DNA from: Macrostomum hystrix
Lineage: Eukaryota > Animalia > Platyhelminthes
Direction of reading: 5' to 3'
NCBI GenBank assembly: GCA_950097015.1
Contig: CATNEN010000039.1
Location: forward strand, 12,276,001-12,340,000
Length of the DNA: 64,000 bases
The stretch's first letter is position 1. Each line of letters begins with the position of its first letter. The position numbers were made by a program, and so were the translations under genes. Below are positions 24,301-35,588 of the stretch, piece by piece. The notes under the pieces are model-generated. The model made no database searches and was not told the DNA's origin. It saw nothing but the letters and a program-made list of their open reading frames with translations.

Positions 24301-27300
24301 GGTGTTGATGGGTCAAGGTGTTGATGGGTCAAGGTGTTGATGGGTCAAGGTGTTGATGGGTCAAGGTGTTGATGGGTCAAGGTGTTGATGGGTCAAGGTG
24401 TGATAGTGGGTCAAGGTGTTGATGGGTCAAGAGATCAATGGGTCAAGGTGGTGACGGGTCAAGATGTCGATGGTTCTATGGGTTAATGGTTCAAGGTGAT
24501 GTGCTTAGGGTTAAAAATACTTTTACAAAGTGATTTTTATCTATAATTGGCTTTCTACATGTAAATTAATGGGTCAATCAATAGGTCAATCAAAGTAGAA
24601 AGATCATTCTTTAGACGCAGTAATTACTCGCTGCCAACAGCGGCCATGATGCAGCCCTGACTGTCTGGACAGAAGCAGCCTCGCTCGTCCTCGTCGTGAT
24701 TCAGGCCAAGGTTGTGTCCGAGCTCGTGAGCCACTGTGATGGCCACACCGATTGCGTTGGGTTCGCGGTCCTGTTCGGAGTTTGTTTAAACAATTGAATA
24801 AAAATGGGGCTTTGAAAGGTTGAGAGTGACATTCCATAGAGTGAGAGTGACATTCCATAAAGTGAGAGTGACATTCCATAGAGTGAGAGTGACATTCCAT
24901 AGAGTGAACGTGAAATCCCATAGTCAAAAGAGTGAAATCCCATAGACAAGACAAGAGAGTGAAATCACATAGACAAGAGAGTGAAGTTCCATAGACAAGA
25001 GAGTGGATTCCCATAGACAAGAGAGTGAATTTCCATAGACAAGAGAGTGAATTTCCATAGACAAGTGAGTGAATTCCCATAGACAAGAGAGTGAAGTTCC
25101 ATAGACAAGAGAGTGAATTCCCATAGACAAGAGAGTGAATTTCCATAGACAAGAGAGTGAATTTCCATAGACAAGAGAGTGAAGTTCCATAGACAAGAGA
25201 GTGAATTCCCATAGACAAGGGAGTGAAGTTCCATAGACAAGAGAGTGAATTCCCATAGACAAGAGAGTGAATTCCCATAGACAAGACAGTGAAATCTCAG
25301 ACAAGAGAGTGAATTTCCATAGACAGGAGAGTGAATTCCCATAGACAAGAGAGTGAATTCCCATAAACAAGAGAGTGAATTTCCATAGACAAGACAGTGA
25401 AATCTCAGACAAGAGAGTGAAGTTCCATAGACAAGAGAGTGAATTCCCATAGACAAGAGAGTGAATTCCCATAGACAAGACAGTGGATTCCCATAGACAA
25501 AAGAGTGGATTCCCATAGACAAGAGAGTGAATTCCCATAGACAAGAGAATGAATTCCCATAGACAAGAGAGTGAATTTCCATAGACAAGAGAGTGAAGTT
25601 CCATAGACAAGAGAGTGAATTCCCATAGACAAGAGAGTGAATTTCCATAGACAAGAGAGTGAATTTCCATAGACAAGAGAGTGAAGTTCCATAGACAAGA
25701 GAGTGAATTCCCATAGACAAGGGAGTGAAGTTCCATAGACAAGAGAGTGAATTCCCATAGACAAGAGAGTGAATTCCCATAGACAAGACAGTGAAATCTC
25801 AGACAAGAGAGTGAAGTTCCATAGACAAGAGAGTGAATTCCCATAGACAAGAGAGTGAATTCCCATAGACAAGACAGTGGATTCCCATAGACAAAAGAGT
25901 GGATTCCCATAGACAAGAGAGTGAATTCCCATAGACAAGAGAATGAATTCCCATAGACAAGAGAGTGAATTCCCATAGACAAGACAGTGAAATCTCAGAC
26001 AAGAGAGTGAATTTCCATAGACAAGAGAGTGAATTCCAATAAACAAGAGAGTGAATTTCCATAGACAAGAGAGTGAATTCCCATAGACAAGAGAATGAAT
26101 TCCCATAGACAAGAGAGTGAATTCCCATAGACAAGACAGTGAAATCTCAGACAAGAGAGTGAATTTCCATAGACAAGAGAGTGAATTCCCATAAACAAGA
26201 GAGTGAATTTCCATAGACAAGAGAGTGAAGTTCCATAGACAAGAGAGTGAATTCCCATAGACAAGAGAGTGAATTCCCATAGACAAGACAGTGGATTCCC
26301 ATAGACAAAAGAGTGGATTCCCATAGACAAGAGAGTGAATTCCCATAGACAAGAGAATGAATTCCCATAGACAAGAGAGTGAATTCCCATAGACAAGAGA
26401 GTGAATTTCCATAGACTAGAGAGTGAAATCTCAGACAAGAGAGTGAATTTCCATAGACAAGACAGTGAAATCTCAGACAAGAGAGTGAATTTCCATAGAC
26501 AAGAGAGTGAATTCCCATAAACAAGAGAGTGAATTTCCATAGACAAGAGAGTGAAGTTCCATAGACAAGAGAGTGAATTCCCATAGACAAGAGAGTGAAT
26601 TCCCATAGACAAGAGAGTGAATTCCCATAGACAAGAGAGTGGATTCCCATAGACAAAAGAGTGAATTCCCATAGACAAGACAGTGAAATCTCAGACAAGA
26701 GAGTGAATTTCCATAGACAAGAGAGTGAATTCCCATAGACAAGAGAATGAATTCCCATAGACAAGAGAGTGAATTCCCATAGACAAGACAGTGAAATCTC
26801 AGACAAGAGAGTGAATTTCCATAGACAAGAGAGTGAATTCCCATAAACAAGAGAGTGAATTTCCATAGACAAGGGAGTGAAGTTCCATAGACAAGAGAGT
26901 GAATTCCCATAGACAAGAGAGTGAATTCCCATAGACAAGAGAGTGAATTCCCATAGACAAGAGAGTGAATTCCCATAGACAAGACAGTGGATTCCCATAG
27001 ACAAGAGAGTGAATTCCCATAAACAAGAGAGTGAAGTTCCATAGTCAAGAGAGTGAATTCCCATAGACAAGAGAGTGAATTCCCATAGACAAGACAGCGG
27101 ATTCCCATAGACAAAAGAGTGGATTCCCATAGACAAGAGAGTGAATTCCCATAGACAAGAGAATGAATTCCCATAGACAAGACAGTGAAATCTCAGACAA
27201 GAGAGTGAATTTCCATAGACAAGAGAGTGAATTCCAATAAACAAGAGAGTGAATTTCCATAGACAAGAGAGTGAAGTTCCATTGACAAGAGAGTGAATTC

Positions 27301-30300
27301 CCATAGACAAGACAGTGAAATCTCAGACAAGAGAGTGAATTTCCATAGACAAGAGAGTGAATTCCCATAGACAAGAGAGTGAATTCCCATAAACAAGAGA
27401 GTGAATTTCCATAGACAAGAGAGTGAATTCCCATAGACAAGAGAGTGAATTCCCATAGACAAGAGAGTGAATTCCCATAGACAAGACAGTGGATTCCCAT
27501 AGACAAAAGAGTGGATTCCCATAGACAAGAGAGTGTATTCCCATAGACAAGAGAATGAATTCCCATAGACAAGAGAGTGAATTCTCATAGACAAGACAGT
27601 GAAATCTCAGACAAGAGAGTGAATTTCCATAGACAAGAGAGTGAATTCCCATAAACAAGAGAGTGAATTTCCATAGACAAAAGAGTGAATTCCCATAGAC
27701 AAGAGAGTGAATTTCCATAGACAAGTGAGTGAATTCCCATAGACAAGAGAGTGAATTTCCATAGACAAAAGAGTGAATTCCCATAGACAAGAGAGTGAAT
27801 TTCCATAGACTAGAGAGTGAAATCTCAGACAAGAGAGTGAAATCTCAGACAAGAGAGTGAATTTCCATAGACAAGAGAGTGAATTCCCATAAACAAGAGA
27901 GTGAATTTCCATAGACAAGAGAGTGAAGTTCCATAGACAAGAGAGTGAATTCCCATAGACAAGAGAGTGAATTCCCATAGACAAGAGAGTGGATTCCCAT
28001 AGACAAGAGAGTGGATTCCCATAGACAAGAGAGTGAAGTTCCATAGACAAGAGAGTGAATTTCCATAGACAAGAGAGTGAATTCCCATAGACAAGAGAGT
28101 GAATTTCCATAGACAAGAGAGTGAAGTTCCATAGACAAGAGAGTGGATTCCCATAGACAAGAGAGTGAATTTCCATAGACAAAAGAGTGAATTCCCATAG
28201 ACAATAGAGTGAAGTTCCATAGACAAGAGAGTGAAGTTCCATAGACAAGAGAGTGAATTTCCATAGACAAAAGAGTGAATTCCCATAGACAAGAGAGTGA
28301 AGTTCCATAGACAAGAGAGTGGTTTCCCATAGACAAGAGAGTGAATTCCCATAGACAAGAGAGTGAAATTCTGTTATTTCTCACGGAATTGACACCACCG
28401 CCCAAGGCAAAGTGGCACAGTTTGCCCAGATGCGCCAGGCCCACATCTGAGCCGGTCATTCGCAGGCCGCTGAAAAAAAATATTAAAACACAAATTCTTC
28501 TTAATTTTAATAACTAGCGAATTTGTCAAGGGTTCGATTCCCTCTATGTTAAACTTCATTACCTGACCAGGTGGGCGGCGCTGTGCGGCCTTGAATTGAG
28601 CTGGCTCATTTTATAATTCATAAAATTGTTGAGCATCTCAGTTGAGTTAGCGCCGGCTGAGCTGCTGGCGCTGAAGGTCACGTAGGGATCCCGCTGCCAC
28701 ACCTCGGCGAATACCACGATCACATGGACGCCCAGCTGTTTGTAGACCTGAAAAATATTTACATTTTTCCAAAACAAACATTTTTTTATTTATCAGAAAC
28801 AAATTCTTGTGATTTTCTATCTGCCTACTAGTGAGTAGAGTAGTGAGGATGAAATATCGAAACGAAAAAAAACTCACCGCATTCACATAGTTGCCAATCT
28901 CCCATAGTCGACTGACGGCGGCTGTCGAGTCGTTGTTCTGCCTGGCGTACTAAAATTAAGTGCGCCCATAGTTTGAATAAAAACATTGCTGTCTTGGAGG
29001 TGGGTGGCCAGTGATGTTTGGGTGGTTGTCTTATCTAGGTTTAGTGGTTGTCTTTTCTAGGTTTGGGGTGGTTGTCTTAACTAGGTTTGGGGTGGTTGTC
29101 TTAACTAGGTTTGGTGGTTGTCTTATCTAGGTTTGGGGTGGTTGTCTTAACTAGGTTTGGGGTGGTTGTCTTAACTAGGTTTGGGGTGGTTGTCTTATCT
29201 AGGTTTGGGGTGGTTGTCTTATCTAGGTTTGGGGTGGTTATCTTAACTAGGTTTGGGGTGGTTATCTTAACTAGGTTTAGGGTGGTTGTCTTAACTAGGT
29301 TTCGGGTGGTTGTCTTATCTAGGTTTGGGGTGGTTATCTTAACTAGGTTTGGGGTGGTTGTCTTAACTAGGTTTGGGGTGGTTGTCTTATCTAGGTTTGG
29401 GGTGGTTGTCTTAACTAGGTTTGGGGTGGTTATCTTAACTAGGTTTGGGGTGGTTGTCTTAACTAGGTTTGGGGTGGTTGTCTTAACTAGGTTTGGTGGT
29501 TGTCTTATCTAGGTTTGGGGTGGTTGTCTTAACTAGGTTTGGGGTGGTTGTCTTAACTAGGTTTGGTGGTTGTCTTAACTAGGTTTGGGGTGGTTGTCTT
29601 AACTAGGTTTGGTGGTTGTCTTATCTAGGTTTGGGGTGGTTGTCTTAACTAGGTTTGGTGGTTATCTTAACTAGGTTTGGTGGTTATCTTAACTAGGTTT
29701 GGTGGTTATCTTAACTAGGTTTGGTGGTTATCTTAACTAGGTTTGGGGTGGTTGTCTTAACTAGGTTTGGTGGTTGTCTTAACTAGGTTTGGGGTGGTTG
29801 TCTTAACTAGGTTTGGGGTGGTTATCTTAACTAGGTTTGGGGTGGTTGTCTTAACTAGGTTTGGGGTGGTTGTCTTAACTAGGTTTCGGGTGGTTGTCTT
29901 ATCTAGGTTTGGGGTGGTTATCTTAACTAGGTTTGGGGTGGTTGTCTTAACTAGGTTTGGGGTGGTTGTCTTATCTAGGTTTGGGGTGGTTGTCTTAACT
30001 AGGTTTGGGGTGGTTATCTTAACTAGGTTTGGGGTGGTTGTCTTAACTAGGTTTGGGGTGGTTATCTTAACTAGGTTTGGGGTGGTTGTCTTAACTAGGT
30101 TTGGGGTGGTTGTCTTAACTAGGTTTGGTGGTTGTCTTATCTAGGTTTCGGGTGGTTGTCTTATCTAGGTTTAGGGTGGTTGTCTTAACTAGGTTTGGGG
30201 GTTGTCTTATCTAGGTTTAGGGTGGTTGTCTTAACTAGGTTTCGGGTGGTTGTCTTATCTAGGTTTGGGGTGGTTGTCTTATCTAGGTTTGGGGTGGTTG

Positions 30301-33300
30301 TGATGTGGAGTGTGCTGCGGGAATCGAGTGGGAATGTGAGCCAGCGGAAAATTCAAATTTTTAAGCAATCAATAATCGCGACCCACTTAGCAGCTGGCCA
30401 CAAACAAGATCATTAATCTTAGGGCCGGGTTTTGGGCGGCGGTGAATTAAGTAGCCGTCGAATCCCTTTTCCCTGGATCTGTCTAGACCCCTGTAGGAAT
30501 GACTGATCGCGGCCATAGCTTTTATTGTATGAGTAGTTTAGGTCATAATTCCCCTCCAAACCGCGATCAGATATTGGGAATCACTCGGGCATTATGAGTG
30601 ATCATTAATTCTTCATGTCCCCACTTCTTTACAGTATTCGAGCCCAGCTCGACTTTATGACCTCCTCTCCTAGATACATGTAAATGTCACTGTAGGCAGG
30701 TCGGCGCCTGCGCTTCCCATTGTCCTGGCGGAGTAACAATTATTGGCCGACTGTCGGCGGCTGCTCGCGAAGGAGCATCTGTCGTTTCTCGCCGCCGGTT
30801 CATTGGGTAATCGGGGCGGCAATCGCCGCTTCAATTCCTCGATGACAGGCTGGCGCGAATGTGGGTTATTTTGATGGATGTCGGGGTTGGCGTGCTGCAA
30901 GACTATTTAAGAAAGCGCGCTGCGCTGCCCCTAGGACAACCTCCCCTCGGAACCTTGACCTACCTTTCCACCTACCTTCCTCTACCTTCTACCTTCCCTG
31001 CTACCTGCTGGGCCGGACTCCCACCAGACCTAAGGCACTTTCCCCACATCCACTTAGGGTTTAGACCCCAGAGCTATAAGCTCAAACAAGCGCTCACAGG
31101 CCCATTGCCTGTCCCCTTTCCCCTAAGCGTAAGCCACCTCTTTAGGTGAGCTCTAAATTGAGCCACTGTGCTCCCAGTGTGTTGGCCCCTGCCAGCTCAC
31201 AGCAGTTTCCTTTCCCGGCCTTGCTGTTTTGCCCTACCCCTTCCCCGAGAGCTACAGGATTGCAGCACGCGGCCGAATCAGCATCCAGCTAAGTAACCCG
31301 CGCAGCGGTTTTATAATTGTTAGTCCTAAGGGACCTTTCTCTAGGTTAGGCGGCAATTAGTGGGAGGGAAATTAGGGAATTTGATAGCCTAATAAACTGT
31401 CTAAGCTAAAGCACTTTTAACTTATTGGGCTTAATTTTACAACAACTTAATTCCTTTTATTATGTCTCTCTATCACTTTTATTTCATCGTTAGACAGCCC
31501 TCAGAGATGAGTGGCTAATCTCCTAGGGGGTGGGCCATGGTGATGCCGAGCTGAAGGCTGCGGCAGGAAGACAACTGTGAGCGCGCACAAGAGTAATATG
31601 GAGCTAGGGATTCGCGGGCAGATGCGGAGCGTAGCATGTGCACCTCTGTTGGGGTGCGGGGGATTCCTTGGCGGGCTTCTCTCTCTCTCCGGCAGATCAC
31701 AGGGGTACGTGTCAAACTCCCTCGCCAATGGAGTTCCCCTTCTTTCCCCCTCCTCTCGCAACTACCGCCACAGGGGCGGGAGCGAGGTCTAATTAATCTT
31801 TCGCTTGCGTAATCACTCAGCCAGTGTTCTGCCTAATCTCTCCTGCCTCTGATTTCCTCAACTCGCACAGATTCGGATTTGTTAGTTACCTAATGGGTAG
31901 GCTGCAATCTAATGTAAGGAATGTGCCTGATGTTTCATGAGTAGGATTCCGGCTATGGATTTTCATTCGAGTTCTTAGTACCACCTTTCTAGACCCCTGT
32001 AGCGCGAATTCAGGAATCCCCTGTTGAGGCGTGTCTCGATCCATTCTGGGGCTCTCACCCCAGTTTAAAACGGAAGTTGCAGAATGCCCTATTTTTCGGC
32101 TTGTCTAGATATGTGTGATGAACTGGGAGCTGTGTACTCCGGGGACCCAAGTCCCCAAATGTCTGCGGTGGCAACGTAGGCGCATTGGGTGGTGGCGCTA
32201 CCTGAGATCATTTTCCGCTTTGCCAATAGCCTTTCCGCATTTCTGTGACAAGAGCCTGGGCCGATTCGACCACCGCTACCAAGGTTAGGAGTCGGTTATT
32301 TACATGCTACTGACGACAGTAGGCTCTCTAGCCCTGTCCTATCTGTCTACGGATAGTCCGATGCCTCACTTTAGACTTTTAGCCGGTTTCGAGCACTGCT
32401 TGGGGTAGGCACGGCTGTCACGCCTGTGGCCTATGGGACGAGTGGGACTGGCCAGCCTGAGGCCGATAGGACCACTCCCTGCATCCTTTGTACCGCCTCA
32501 TCTCTCCCTTCATCTCTCCCTTCATCCCTCCCTTCGTCTCATCCCTCTCTGCGACAACTCGCGGTAGCAGCGTGATCGACCTCCCGACTCTATCGTCGTT
32601 TTCCACACTCCTATCTTTCATGAGGGCGGTCATCGGCTTGCAAAAGCCCTAACCATTTCAGTTGTCTTAACTAGGTTTGGTGGTTGTCTTAACTAGGTTT
32701 GGGGTGGTTGTCTTAACTAGGTTTGGGGTGGTTGTCTTAACTAGGTTTGGTGGTTGTCTTATCTGGGTTTAGGGTGGTTGTCTTATCTAGGTTTGGGGTG
32801 GTTGTCTTAACTAGGTTTGGGGTGGATGTCTTCTCTAGGTTTGGGTGGCTGCCTTATCTACTTTGCGGGTTCGCGTCCCGGACGAAATTGTGTTGGTGAT
32901 AATTTATTTAATGCTTTCTCAAAGCTCTAAAGTACTCACAAAGTACTGATCTCCAATTAGAATGAGTTGAATGTACTTTCTATCTAAGATCGGAACGTCA
33001 GAGTTGATGTCCAGGTGAGCAGCTCGCCGCTGCCTGTGCACCTGCGGCAGAGGCCATTTTGAAGCCACACTGGAAGCAGTCGAACTTCTCGCTAGGCCGC
33101 ACTTTCTCGGTTCGCTCGGCGCGGGAATGGCGGACGCTGAGTAGCGACTCAAACCAGCCGGTTGAGCCGGGATCTCAAACAGGGCGCCGTGAAAATGAAA
33201 CGAACCGCTGCATGGTCAGTGAGAATGAGGCGCTATATTCAGAACTATTAACTATGACGTCATCGTAATCGATCACACCTTGACCCACCATCACACCTTG

Positions 33301-35588
33301 ACCCACCATCACTCCTTGAACGACCATCACTTCTTGACCCACCATCACTCCTTGACCCACCATCACACCTTGACCCACCATCACACCTTGACCCACCATC
33401 ACTCCTTGACCCACCATCACTTCTTGACCTACCATCACTCCTTGACCCACCATCACTCCTTGACCCACCATCACTCCATGACCTACCATTACTCCTTGAC
33501 CCACCATCACTCCATGACCCACCATCACTCCATGACCCACCATCACTCCATGACCCACCATCACTCCTTGACCTACCATCACTCCTTGACCGACCATCAC
33601 TCCTTGACCCACCATCACTCCTTAACCTACCATCACTCCATGACCCACCATCACTCCATGACCCACCATCACTCCTTGACCCACCATCACACCTTGAGCC
33701 ACCATCACACCTTAACCACCATCACTCCTTGACTCACCATCACTCCTTGACTCACCATCACTCCTTGACTCACCATCACTCCATGACCCACCATCACACC
33801 TTGAGCCACCATCACTCCTTGACCCACCATCACTCCATGACCCACCATCACTCCATGACCTACCATCACTCCTATCAGTCCACCTGTAGTCTCGAGTTTG
33901 TACTCAAACTCAACTCATAGTCTTGAGACGATATTTCGAGACTCACCTGAACAAATCGCCTCGCTGTACGGCCACGGCAATGTCTGCCTCGTCAGCGCTG
34001 AGGCTGCCCTGATAGTAGCAGGCCACAATATAGCCAGATGAAGCACTCACGTCAGGGTGCAGAAACTCCCTAGAAACATTATATTCGAGTTCAAGTAAAA
34101 AACTACTTCGAGTAGTATTACTAGCCAAAGTACAGTAGAAAGAGGCCAAATTAAATTAATAAGATTCAATCGAGATGGCGGCAGTTTTGCGTGACTAGGA
34201 TTTGGCCATAGACAATAATTTCGGTAGAAAATAACTCGATAGTGAATAATTTATGTCATTAAGCAAGACACGTATTTGAGTACAACAGCTATAAGCTCAC
34301 CCGCCTATAAACTGAGTACTAACATCAGATTGGGCTTTGCCCGGTCCATGGACTGAACAGCTGTACACACAAGTGAGCCGTTTATGAGTGGTCGTGATTT
34401 ATAAATGGTTTAATCTATGCATATTTATTTGTCCTTTCGCTCGTAGGTCAAGCGTTTTTCTTAGAAACTCAAATATTTAATAAGCCTGCATATAGTTTTA
34501 TCAATTTATCGAACAACTCACTTTGAAGATTCTAGCAGGGTCAGTTTCAAAGGCGAGTCGCTGAAACCAGAGATGTCCAACAATATTTCACGCTTCACCG
34601 GACAGACTGGCTTAAAGGTGTCGACTATTTGCTGCTCAAATTTAAGTGCGCCTGAATCAATACGAAAATCCAAGACTTTTTAATGATCAACGTGAAAAAA
34701 TACAGTGAGGTACGCTCTATGCGTAACGGTAATTTTATCGATTCGGAAATAAATCTGTGCAATTTATTATCGATCTGGGGAATTAAATGTCAATCTGTGG
34801 TACAAAGTATCGATTTGGGGTATTAAATAACGATCTGGGGTATGAAATATCAATCTGTAGTTTTAAATAACGACCTGTTCTTTTTAATATAGATCTGTGG
34901 TATTAAATGCCGATCTGTGGTAATTAATATCGATCTGTAGTATTGAATATCGATCTGTAGTATTTAATATCGAACTGTGGTATGAAATATCGATCTGTGG
35001 TATGAAATATCGATCTGTGGTATGAAATATCAATATGTGGTATGAAATATTTATCTGTGGTATGAAATATCAATCTGTAGTTTTAAATAACGACCTGTTC
35101 TTTTTAATATAGATCTGTGGTATTAAATGCCGATCTGTGGTATTTAATATCAATCTGTAGTATTGAATATCGATCTGTGGTATTATAATATCAATCTGTG
35201 GTATGAAATATCGATCTGTGGTATGAAATATCAATCTGTGGTATGAAATATTTATCTGTGGTATGAAATATCAATCTGTGGTATGAAATATTTATCTGTG
35301 GTATGAAATATCAATCTGTAGTTTTAAATAACGACCTGTTCTTTTTAATATAGATCTGTGGTATTGAATATCGATCTGTAGTATTTAATATCGATCTGTG
35401 GTATTATAATATCGATCTACGGTATTGAATGTCGATCTAAATGAAAAGGACAATAGATTGCAACTTAGGTCTTGAGTTCGAGTCTCACCTCCATCAGTCG
35501 GCAATGCGGTCACACGCATTCCTGGTGTGAAATTGTCTGCCAGCAGTTGAAGCAGCACCAGCATCAGCAAAGTACTCACGCGATTCAT
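15304..35588 (-). CDS. ADAM (M12B) disintegrin-metalloprotease with mucin-like stalk, ~1187 aa, 14 exons
   Basis: Exons 35588-35489, 34651-34522, 34069-33947, 33207-32940, 28949-28878, 28747-28563, 28469-28385, 24770-24628, 19599-19419, 19105-18875, 18540-18350, 17804-17588, 17034-16869, 16775-15304; 3564 nt in total, phases consistent. Signal peptide, CYYQG prodomain, RKCG cysteine switch, RQRR furin site, [12 protein letters not shown] zinc site, CIM Met-turn, [15 protein letters not shown], disintegrin [14 protein letters not shown], Cys-rich and EGF (CNGNGFC...[11 protein letters not shown]) domains. Confidence 0.92.
15490..16725 (-). repeat. Coding 12/15-bp repeat encoding (V/I)PTT(T) mucin-like stalk of the ADAM
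   Basis: Within the open last exon; unit lengths are multiples of 3. Confidence 0.9.
17040..17575. repeat. Intronic minisatellite, 15-bp unit (gggtcagggggagat)
   Basis: Fills ADAM intron 17035-17587. Confidence 0.93.
17835..18340. repeat. Intronic minisatellite, ~20-bp unit (gatgggatcagaagtcgaag)
   Basis: Fills ADAM intron 17805-18349. Confidence 0.93.
18583..18860. repeat. Intronic minisatellite, 15-bp unit (ggatcatgggtcata)
   Basis: Fills ADAM intron 18541-18874. Confidence 0.93.
19145..19415. repeat. Intronic minisatellite (tcctgacccacaatc-type)
   Basis: Fills ADAM intron 19106-19418. Confidence 0.92.
19938..24147 (+). mobile_element. Full-length Ty3/Gypsy LTR retrotransposon (Mag-like), 4210 bp
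   Basis: LTRs 19938-20173 and 23912-24147 (236 bp, TGTT..AACA, identical by eye). TSD ATGGG at 19933-19937 and 24148-24152. PBS-like TGGCGTCGTTG follows the 5' LTR; PPT aaaggaagaggga at 23899-23911. Confidence 0.97.
20174..23899 (+). CDS. Gag-Pol polyprotein (single ORF; frame also open upstream to ATG 20039 inside the LTR)
   Basis: Two Zn knuckles (CRFCMKKH....[10 protein letters not shown]....C), protease VDSGAS, RT (RLCGDYR, LPYGL..APG.FQ, FIDD), RNase H ([20 protein letters not shown]), integrase HHCC plus D-D-E (HADL, TDNG, SNGVAE). Confidence 0.96.
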   Translation: MASLSRENLRELPWTEDKFEAWIERFEAVCRRSAVKDEKTDGFSPKTDFFISLMGEAAYGKLRNLVAPAKPEDKTFKELKEEIEKHVAPKAKKLVVAERYKFNLMRQDEHESAADFENRLRAQADRCQFGNFLNEALRDRFVAGLRSESVIKELLIKDPLTLELAVETAAAQEQVSKSALSSGGKVENINVAKGKMRPQGTRSTQGQGSTFGKACRFCMKKHPPKSCPAFGAKCRNCGKMNHFEAACKLRKSQGQMPHTVAKGKNTARECAGIDMEDQAVGKDNELFSLCDARDKSSVWLNLKLNDRKVSMMVDSGASVTCIPKTLAQQLGVDWSNTDCRLTSYGGKDLPVCGTAKVTVQTEDAKEYSLPVVVMDLDAKPVIGRNWFTSLGIEVTTRCQAAVEYKRIQVKLEVRENTRPVVSRARPLPFSLVPAVKKRLEELEESKIVERVERPVFASPIVAAPKGSGDIRLCGDYRRVNQFLQLPPIEMPTKADIQRAIQGCSRFTVLDLKDAYHNIELSEESRDITTIATPFGYYRYKVLPYGLSSAPGIFQNVLCELFRDVLGVVVFIDDILVCGKTREDLAERTNIILQRLKENQITLNAKKCQLDKDEVEFLALKISSDGCRMNEEKVTAVHDMPDPRNLEELRTFLGLINFYAPFIPQVAMKTAVLYDLLKKDADWNWRPEHRSAVVQLKQDITSRHVLAPYDPNEELILTTDASPYGVGGVLEQNGKPVAFVSKKLTPAESRYSQLEREALGVVWCVKKLNRFLAYRSFVIVTDHKPLEFLFASHKDLPERASKRVQRWAELLATYQYKVRGKRTHEIPHADALSRLPTDGNNWSDKTATEAVNEVAAVDIALSEDGPVTKEQMEQASKEDKEILDVLQKLRSGEDVPDSYRRVQSRLNCSDHLLLLDHRIVIPVKFRARVIQFLHCSHPGMQAMKAWARQYVWWPLMETEIEKCVSECHTCQRLRPSQKSVLKPWPVPKEAWGRVHADLGQLEGSNFLVVSDAKTGFIAAEWVREVDATSVIRVLRRAFCNFGIPEVLVTDNGRQFVAHETEAWLKRMGVLHLKSPRYHPASNGVAEAAVKKLKTKLKQLNDPDPEVRMQQALYAVRVCPRVNGVAPCREMFGREFNTRLSLLHRRSFQDKRIDQAYSPVWVQDPFNKEWREGVLREAVGEQLRRVRDEQGRDLVVHRDHVRDRAEATNEPEREPPSAEDQPMADRRYPQRMRRPPERYQAQD
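24148..24480. repeat. Intronic minisatellite, 16-bp unit (gggtcaaggtgttgat); continues degenerately at ~19680-19937 on the other side of the Gypsy element
   Basis: Visible tandem copies interrupted by the retrotransposon. Confidence 0.93.
24820..28370. repeat. Intronic minisatellite, 22-bp unit (agagagtgaattcccatagaca), ~3.5 kb
   Basis: Fills ADAM intron 24771-28384; the many long ORFs here are artefacts. Confidence 0.97.
29018..32860. repeat. Intronic minisatellite, 22-24-bp unit (ggggtggttgtcttaactaggttt) at 29018-30300 and 32661-32860, split by an insertion
   Basis: The same unit resumes after 32660. Confidence 0.93.
30301..32660. mobile_element. 2360-bp non-coding insertion, probable large solo LTR
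   Basis: Begins TGATGTGG and ends CCATTTCA (imperfect inverted ends). Flanked by a 4-bp duplication GTTG of the host satellite unit. No long ORF. Confidence 0.7.
33275..33872. repeat. Intronic minisatellite, 18-bp unit (tgacccaccatcactcct)
   Basis: Within ADAM intron 33208-33946. Confidence 0.93.
34770..35435. repeat. Intronic minisatellite, 20-bp unit (gatctgtggtatgaaatatc)
   Basis: Within ADAM intron 1. Confidence 0.9.

Noticed and set aside
24604-28459. Many 100-390 aa ORFs in the ORF track ([10 protein letters not shown]...)
   Set aside because: Stop-free translations of a 22-bp intronic satellite. The same applies to repeat ORFs at 3.8-4.6, 17-19, 29-30, 33, 36, 40.5, 43-44 and 61-62 kb
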